A DNA stretch of 64,000 nucleotides from Candidatus Dojkabacteria bacterium (GTDB lineage Bacteria > Patescibacteriota > Dojkabacteria > B142 > OLB20). The stretch's first letter is position 1; each line of letters opens with the position of its first letter. Location of the stretch: positions 5,359 to 69,358 of the forward strand of contig JBHHUN010000004.1 of the NCBI GenBank assembly GCA_046753765.1, given 5' to 3'. A program made the position numbers and the translations under genes. Positions 59,493-64,000 of this stretch are shown here, in pieces. Below the pieces are notes generated by a model. It ran no database searches and was not told where the DNA came from. It saw nothing but the letters and a program-made list of their open reading frames with translations.

Positions 59493-59708
59493 CTATTTAT
59501 AGAGTCTGTTACACACGGGACACTTCTTAAAGTGGTGTCTCTCAGGATTCCATCTCTCCTTAATGGCAAAATCTTCTAGTTCTCATGCAACTTTTGGCAT
59601 AACAACAGTGTCTTCGTTCCAACCATGCTTATAAAATGAATGTTCAACATCCTTGAGATTCCTGCATATCCTGCATTTTGAGATTGGGATTAGTTTTTTA
59701 CGTGCCAT
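59493..59708 (-). other. Small C4 zinc-ribbon ORF interrupted by an in-frame TGA. It is a possible pseudogene, a recoding event or a sequencing error.
   Basis: Manual translation gives MARKKLIPISKCRICRNLKDVEHSFYKHGWNEDTVVMPKVA-[TGA]-ELEDFAIKERWNPERHHFKKCPVCNRLYK. It has CxxC...CxxC. Confidence 0.25.
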
Positions 59709-59715
59709 TTTGCTC

Positions 59716-60966
59716 TTATCTACCTTTTTGTACAAACGTATATGCTGTACCCAGAGCACCGTTTCTACCAGTTCTACCTATCCTATGGATATATTCATCG
59801 TAGGTCTGTGGCTCATCAAGGTTGATGACATGTGTGATGTCATCGACGTCCAACCCTCTGGCAGCTACATTTGTAGCAACAAGAACATGTATCTTTGAGA
59901 GCTTGAAGCTTTCGAAAATTCGTTTTCGGACGTTCTGCCTTTTATCACCATGAATCGCATCGACTTTAAAGTTATTCCTATGAAGGACTTTGTTTACTTT
60001 GTCAGCGAAACGTTTAGTATCAACAAACACCAGTGCCTTCTCGACCTCTCTTTTCTTCAAGATTTCCTGCAAAATGCTTAGTTTTTCACTTGAGTGGTTG
60101 TAGTCAATGACACTTTGCACCACGCTCTTATTAGGTTTGTTATTCGCGAGCCTGATTACCTCAAAAGACTTGCTAAGCGAAGCAACTGTCTTTTCAACCG
60201 TGTTGTTCAGAGTCGCCGAGAAAAACAGAGCCTGCTTCTCTTGTGCTAGCTTTGTAAAGATGAAACGAATATCTCTGATAAACCCCATATCAAGCATTCG
60301 ATCTACCTCATCGACCACAATGTTGTTGTATTGGTGGAGTTTTATATGACCACGCCTGACAAGATCAACAAGTCTGCCTGGAGTTCCGATAATGATGTGT
60401 CCACCCCGCTGAAGTTGATTGATCTGCCTGTTCATGCTCTCCCCACCGATAATCAGTGCACTCTGTGAGTTTGTACCCTTCAGAAAGGATACAGCCTCTT
60501 TAGAGATCTGCATTGCGAGCTCTCGAGTTGGTGCTACGACTAGGAGTTTTTGTGAATTATCTGTTATCAGTTTCTGGATCATGGGGATTAGAAAGGCGCC
60601 CGTTTTCCCTGAACCTGTTGCCGATATCCCAAGAACATCGTTTCCACCCATTATTAGAGGAATCGCCTTCTCTTGTATCTCTGTGGTTGTCTCAAAACCC
60701 TTTGCATGGATATTTACGAAAAGTCTGTCATCAAAACCAAGTTCAGCAAACTTTTTGCCTGTGTAAGCCTGTTTATCAGTTTCTACCTCACTTTGGAGAT
60801 CATTTATGAAGAGATTTCTATCAATTGTTTTCTTCTTTCTCTTTGATTGATGCCTATTCGAAGACCGTGATCGACTTTTATATGAAGATCGCTTCCTCCA
60901 TCTACTATTGGGTTTATTACTTCCGCGGGAATTGCTTTGTCGCTTGCCGTTTCTTATACGCAACAT
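59716..60966 (-). CDS. DEAD-box ATP-dependent RNA helicase, with an N-terminal R/S/K-rich region
   Basis: Q-motif, Walker A GSGKT, a DEVD (DEAD-variant) box, and the SAT and HRIGRTGR motifs. Confidence 0.85.
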   Translation of the reverse strand: MLRIRNGKRQSNSRGSNKPNSRWRKRSSYKSRSRSSNRHQSKRKKKTIDRNLFINDLQSEVETDKQAYTGKKFAELGFDDRLFVNIHAKGFETTTEIQEKAIPLIMGGNDVLGISATGSGKTGAFLIPMIQKLITDNSQKLLVVAPTRELAMQISKEAVSFLKGTNSQSALIIGGESMNRQINQLQRGGHIIIGTPGRLVDLVRRGHIKLHQYNNIVVDEVDRMLDMGFIRDIRFIFTKLAQEKQALFFSATLNNTVEKTVASLSKSFEVIRLANNKPNKSVVQSVIDYNHSSEKLSILQEILKKREVEKALVFVDTKRFADKVNKVLHRNNFKVDAIHGDKRQNVRKRIFESFKLSKIHVLVATNVAARGLDVDDITHVINLDEPQTYDEYIHRIGRTGRNGALGTAYTFVQKGR

Positions 60967-61048
60967 GATCGGTACAATAAAATATTGTTATGTACCGAAC
61001 ATCTCACTTTCACTGTCCTAAATCCTATCTCAGGATCTATTTAGTATA

Positions 61049-61138
61049 TACTCAGTACGCTATTAAATTTGATCTCGGTTGATTGCATTGCTCAACCGAA
61101 CTCTTCATTGTATCACGATATTCACACTTATATACTAT
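61049..61138 (+). repeat. 90-bp direct repeat, copy 1 (left boundary of the low-GC island)
   Basis: 87 of 90 positions are identical to 63803-63892. It contains the internal inverted repeat CGGTTGA-TTGCATTGC-TCAACCG. Confidence 0.85.
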
Positions 61139-61442
61139 CCCTAAATTCCAAAACGGACTGCAACGGTATAATCGTTGCAGTTCAAGCAAAAGTCTTACGG
61201 AAGAATTCCATTTTCTCTTCTTCTGTCATTTTCGCAATATTCTTCATATGAAAGAATATAACAAATAAGCAAATTATATCCTTCATGCTAAATGACCTAA
61301 GGCGAATCGAACACCACCATAAATAATAAGATGCGACAGATAAACATTGGATACTCCCCTGCAGTGAATAGTAATGGACTTTAGATAATTTAGATTAGAC
61401 CATACAAGCGCCAAGCAAGGTGGGGAAAGCGAAGAGATGAAA

Positions 61443-61930
61443 GGATACCCGCTACCAGATATCGGAATCTCATCAAGGAAAACATCCCAACAGATCCCAA
61501 TCACACATATGTGAGCGATTTCACCTACATAAGGCACTATGGAAAGTTTGTGTACCTGTCTACATGCATGGATATCTGTACCAGAGAGATAGTAGGCTGG
61601 GATGTATCAACCAGACATACCAAAGACTTTGTGATAGGAGCATTAATGGATAGCTTCATCAATACGGGTTTCAAGCTACCAAAGATAGTGCATTCAGATC
61701 AGGGTAGTGAGTATAGAAGCAGGGAGTATACGGAGATAGTGGAAGGACTGGGGATACAGATATCTATGAGTTCCAAAGGATCACCGTGGGAGAATGGTTA
61801 CCAGGAGAGTTTCTACAACAACTTCAAGACTGAGTTGGGACTTGAGTTTGAGAGATTTCAGACGTTAGGTGAACTAGTTGAGGGTATCCACCAAACCCTC
61901 TCAGAAATCCAATATCTCGAATGTCAATAA
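61443..61930 (+). mobile_element. IS3-family transposase (OrfB integrase core), 5'-truncated remnant
   Basis: VSDFTYIRHYGKFVYLSTCMDICTREIVGWDV...HSDQGSEYRS...GSPWENGYQESF is the rve/DDE core. OrfA and the N-terminus of OrfB are absent, and the upstream frame is closed by stops. Confidence 0.6.
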
Positions 61931-61997
61931 AACTGTTTTCATTTTTTACGTATTCACCATTTATATAGTTAATTGTTGGTTTTGTCATATGTTTTTT

Positions 61998-62612
61998 TTA
62001 AATAGTATTCAGTAATGCTGCCACTGAGTTCAAAATAGGTGTATCAACTATTTTTTGTTCTTTGTCCGTGAGTTCACTGAAAAATGTTTCTTTATCGTTT
62101 ACATTCACTTTAATAATTGACGAGAGAAAATAATCTGGTAAGAGGACATTACTAATCTCATCCACCAAGGTGCACTCAATTTTAGATAGTTTACTTTCAA
62201 GTAGGTCACTTGTACAAAGTGCATGGCCATATCTGAGCTCCATATTAATTCTACCGCCAAATCTTTTTGCAAGGTCTGTGTAGTATGTGATTGCTACTTC
62301 ATCATTGAATTTTCCATACTTTTCAATAACTGGACTTTTAATACTTAGTTTCGGGCTACTGAGCTCTGGAACATTATGAAACTGAATAGTATCATCTTGT
62401 GTAATTACAGGTAACTTATCGTATAGCTGTTTCCAGTAGTATTGTGCCTTATTTTTAGCAATATCTTGCGGAGTAGGACCTATTTCTTCTGGTTCAGAAA
62501 TCTCATACTGCAAATCTGCAAGGGATAAAATTTCGTATTGTGATTTATCTAATAGATTGTTAATTCTAGTTACTTTGTTTTTGTTTGTTGTAGCAAAGAT
62601 AACTTGTTTCAT
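61998..62612 (-). CDS. Ham1/RdgB-like non-canonical purine NTP pyrophosphatase (tentative)
   Basis: The N-terminus VIFATTNKNKVTRINNLL resembles the Ham1 'ATGNxGKxxE' start. It lies in a very AT-rich context. Confidence 0.4.
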   Translation of the reverse strand: MKQVIFATTNKNKVTRINNLLDKSQYEILSLADLQYEISEPEEIGPTPQDIAKNKAQYYWKQLYDKLPVITQDDTIQFHNVPELSSPKLSIKSPVIEKYGKFNDEVAITYYTDLAKRFGGRINMELRYGHALCTSDLLESKLSKIECTLVDEISNVLLPDYFLSSIIKVNVNDKETFFSELTDKEQKIVDTPILNSVAALLNTI

Positions 62613-62633
62613 TTGTTTTAAATAATAATAAAA

Positions 62634-62939
62634 TTACCAAACATACTTACTAGGTGATTTATAAAATTCTGTTAATTTATCAGATTGTGTCCTAGTCATT
62701 AAGTTCTTCTCAATCGCTACATTCTGTAAATATGAAAAATCAGTAAGGCCCTTGTGCACTATACCCCTCTTTTTAAATTCCCCCCATTTATTTTCAAAGC
62801 CATACTTAGACATAATTCCATTTGTCCATACAATCCAATCCTTCTTGACTTGTGAATCCTTCACGAGATAGGCTTTACTATTGATAATTAATTTTGCTAC
62901 TTTTTTGGCGATGGACTTGCCCCATATAACTTTATTCAC
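62634..62939 (-). CDS. Hypothetical protein
   Basis: 101 aa. It overlaps the upstream gene by 8 nt. Confidence 0.3.
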   Translation of the reverse strand: MNKVIWGKSIAKKVAKLIINSKAYLVKDSQVKKDWIVWTNGIMSKYGFENKWGEFKKRGIVHKGLTDFSYLQNVAIEKNLMTRTQSDKLTEFYKSPSKYVW

Positions 62940-63345
62940 TGCTTATATTTTTGATAAATTTAAGTACACTTTCTATAGTATTTTCTAACTTTTCGTCTTT
63001 ATTCTCTATAGTAGTCATAGGCATGTTCTTTTTATAAGAAGCAGAAAGTTGTTCCCACTTTCGGTCACATAAAAATTGGTGGTGTTTTATTTGTTCGATC
63101 TTTTGTATTCTATCTCGTTGTGATTGGTTACTGTCCTTAGTTCTTCGTTCTAGTATTTCATCGGGGGCAGAAAACAACTGAATTATTCCCGCAGACATAT
63201 TAAGAAGCCACTGTGGAACCTCGACATCCGTTAAGTAATCTACTTTGTCTTTGTCCAGATATAGAGCAAAAACAAGATGAGATAGAAGTAAGATATGGTT
63301 GTACTTGCCTACTGCATTAATACCGTATACTAAAAATAAACTCAT
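62932..63345 (-). CDS. Hypothetical P-loop protein, NMP/deoxynucleoside-kinase-like with a degenerate Walker A
   Basis: YGINAVGKYN is P-loop-like, and RRTKDSNQSQRDR is a lid-like Arg cluster. Confidence 0.3.
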   Translation of the reverse strand: MSLFLVYGINAVGKYNHILLLSHLVFALYLDKDKVDYLTDVEVPQWLLNMSAGIIQLFSAPDEILERRTKDSNQSQRDRIQKIEQIKHHQFLCDRKWEQLSASYKKNMPMTTIENKDEKLENTIESVLKFIKNISSE

Positions 63346-63357
63346 AAATAAGAAAAA

Positions 63358-63699
63358 TTAAAGTAAAATTTTAGAAAATAACGAATAGTCTTTTTTTGAT
63401 TCTTCTTTCCATCTATATTTATAGTCAAGATTTTCTTTGTGAATCTCTTTTACTAGGTCAATCGTATTTTCTAAACTGATCCTTTTAGATATATGAGATA
63501 TGGTTTCGTGGATACCTATTCCCTCATCGATCAGAGTCGTCATCAACACTTCGGGCATACTTCTAGTTCCCCAGTACTTCTGTGCATTAACTGCTTCGCA
63601 ATTCGCTAGGTCAATATCAGCTGTAATCAACGTCGGTTTACAAGATTCTGTTTTGGAAAGTATCTCGCCAAAAGGAGAAACAATACAGGTACCAGCCAT
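63358..63699 (-). pseudogene. Carbon-nitrogen hydrolase (nitrilase superfamily) C-terminal fragment
   Basis: GTCIVSPFGEILSKTE...TLITADIDLANCEAVNAQKYWGTRSMPEV is a typical CN-hydrolase C-terminus. The reading frame is closed upstream by a stop, and the 90-bp repeat follows. Confidence 0.45.
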
Positions 63700-63802
63700 T
63701 TGTTCTACTCCAAAGCTGGATCCAGCTCGTGCAACAGAAACAATAAATGTCCCTTCACAAACAGCTTGTGCCCGAAGAGGTAAATAATGAAACTTATATG
63801 GG

Positions 63803-63892
63803 TACTCAGTACGCTATTAAATTTGATCTCGGTTGATTGCATTGCTCAACCGAACTTTTCATTATATCACGATATTCACACTGATATACTAT
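63803..63892 (+). repeat. 90-bp direct repeat, copy 2 (right boundary of the island)
   Basis: See copy 1. Confidence 0.85.
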
Positions 63893-63932
63893 TTGTATAG
63901 GCCAAGGCACACGTATCATGTTACAATCCCTA

Positions 63933-64000
63933 ATGCCAAACGAGAATCAGCCGCTAAAAGCAAAGAGAATTCGTAATATCGCAATCATAGCCCACGTTGA
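63933..64000 (+). CDS. typA: GTP-binding protein TypA/BipA, N-terminal start. The CDS runs off the window edge.
   Basis: MPNENQPLKAKRIRNIAIIAHV. The NIAIIAHVD G1 context is typical of BipA. Confidence 0.55.
   Translation, partial: MPNENQPLKAKRIRNIAIIAHV

Larger units (their letters stand above)
61049..63892. mobile_element. Putative integrated or degenerate mobile island bounded by 90-bp direct repeats
   Basis: Direct repeats sit at both ends. The interior is markedly AT-rich compared with flanking DNA. It contains a 5'-truncated IS3-family transposase and truncated cargo genes. Confidence 0.45.

Noticed and set aside
59493-59708. A genome-wide UGA recoding (code 25/4) explanation for the in-frame TGA in the Zn-ribbon ORF
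   Set aside because: secA terminates with TGA (23905-23907). The six-frame standard-code ORFs for all ribosomal proteins are full length, so UGA is a normal stop in this genome.
59653-59898. 81-aa plus-strand ORF overlapping the 3' end of the DEAD-box helicase
   Set aside because: It overlaps a well-supported gene in antisense and has no family features.

Overview
This 64-kb window looks like a compact, gene-dense bacterial chromosome segment, probably from a small-genome Patescibacteria/CPR-like organism. The reasons are that the S10-spc-alpha ribosomal superoperon lacks L30 and adk, many ribosomal proteins carry Lys-rich extensions, ThrRS lacks the TGS domain, and there are many secreted or membrane proteins. 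UGA is used as a stop codon (secA ends in TGA), so standard code 11 applies. The contents from 5' to 3' are listed below.

1. An alpha-glucan/glycogen cluster: a partial PGM/PMM, GapN, a GH15 glucoamylase-like gene, a GDE-type debranching enzyme, a GH57-like gene and a glycogen-synthase-like glycosyltransferase.
2. thrS, preceded by a sigma70-like promoter and a T-box-like leader with an intrinsic terminator.
3. tRNA-Trp(CCA), with a 15-bp duplication of its 5' end about 95 bp upstream.
4. A 2-hydroxyacid dehydrogenase, an MFS-like permease, a LOG-family protein, a CAP-domain envelope protein, HPF and a 2H phosphoesterase.
5. A Cys-rich DUF11-like surface protein, a sortase and SecA.
6. A methyltransferase-like cluster of unknown function, an ABC exporter, an NDT-like protein, a DsbA-like oxidoreductase and a membrane Zn-peptidase.
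7. A previously un-called RNase P RNA gene on the minus strand.
8. A type IV secretion-like module (VirB3-like, a VirB4 N-terminal-like ORF, a VirB4 ATPase and a membrane protein), then greA and a 1054-aa epimerase-like/TM/extracellular fusion protein.
9. A 33-gene ribosomal block: rpsI-rplM, rplQ-rpoA-rpsD-rpsK-rpsM-rpmJ-infA-map-secY, the spc and S10 operons, tuf and fusA.
10. A CarD/CdnL-like regulator, a DEAD-box helicase and a small Zn-ribbon ORF interrupted by an in-frame TGA.
11. A roughly 2.8-kb low-GC island flanked by near-identical 90-bp direct repeats. It carries a 5'-truncated IS3-family transposase, a Ham1-like NTPase, a P-loop kinase-like ORF and a truncated nitrilase-family fragment. 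It is followed by the start of bipA/typA.

No CRISPR array was seen.
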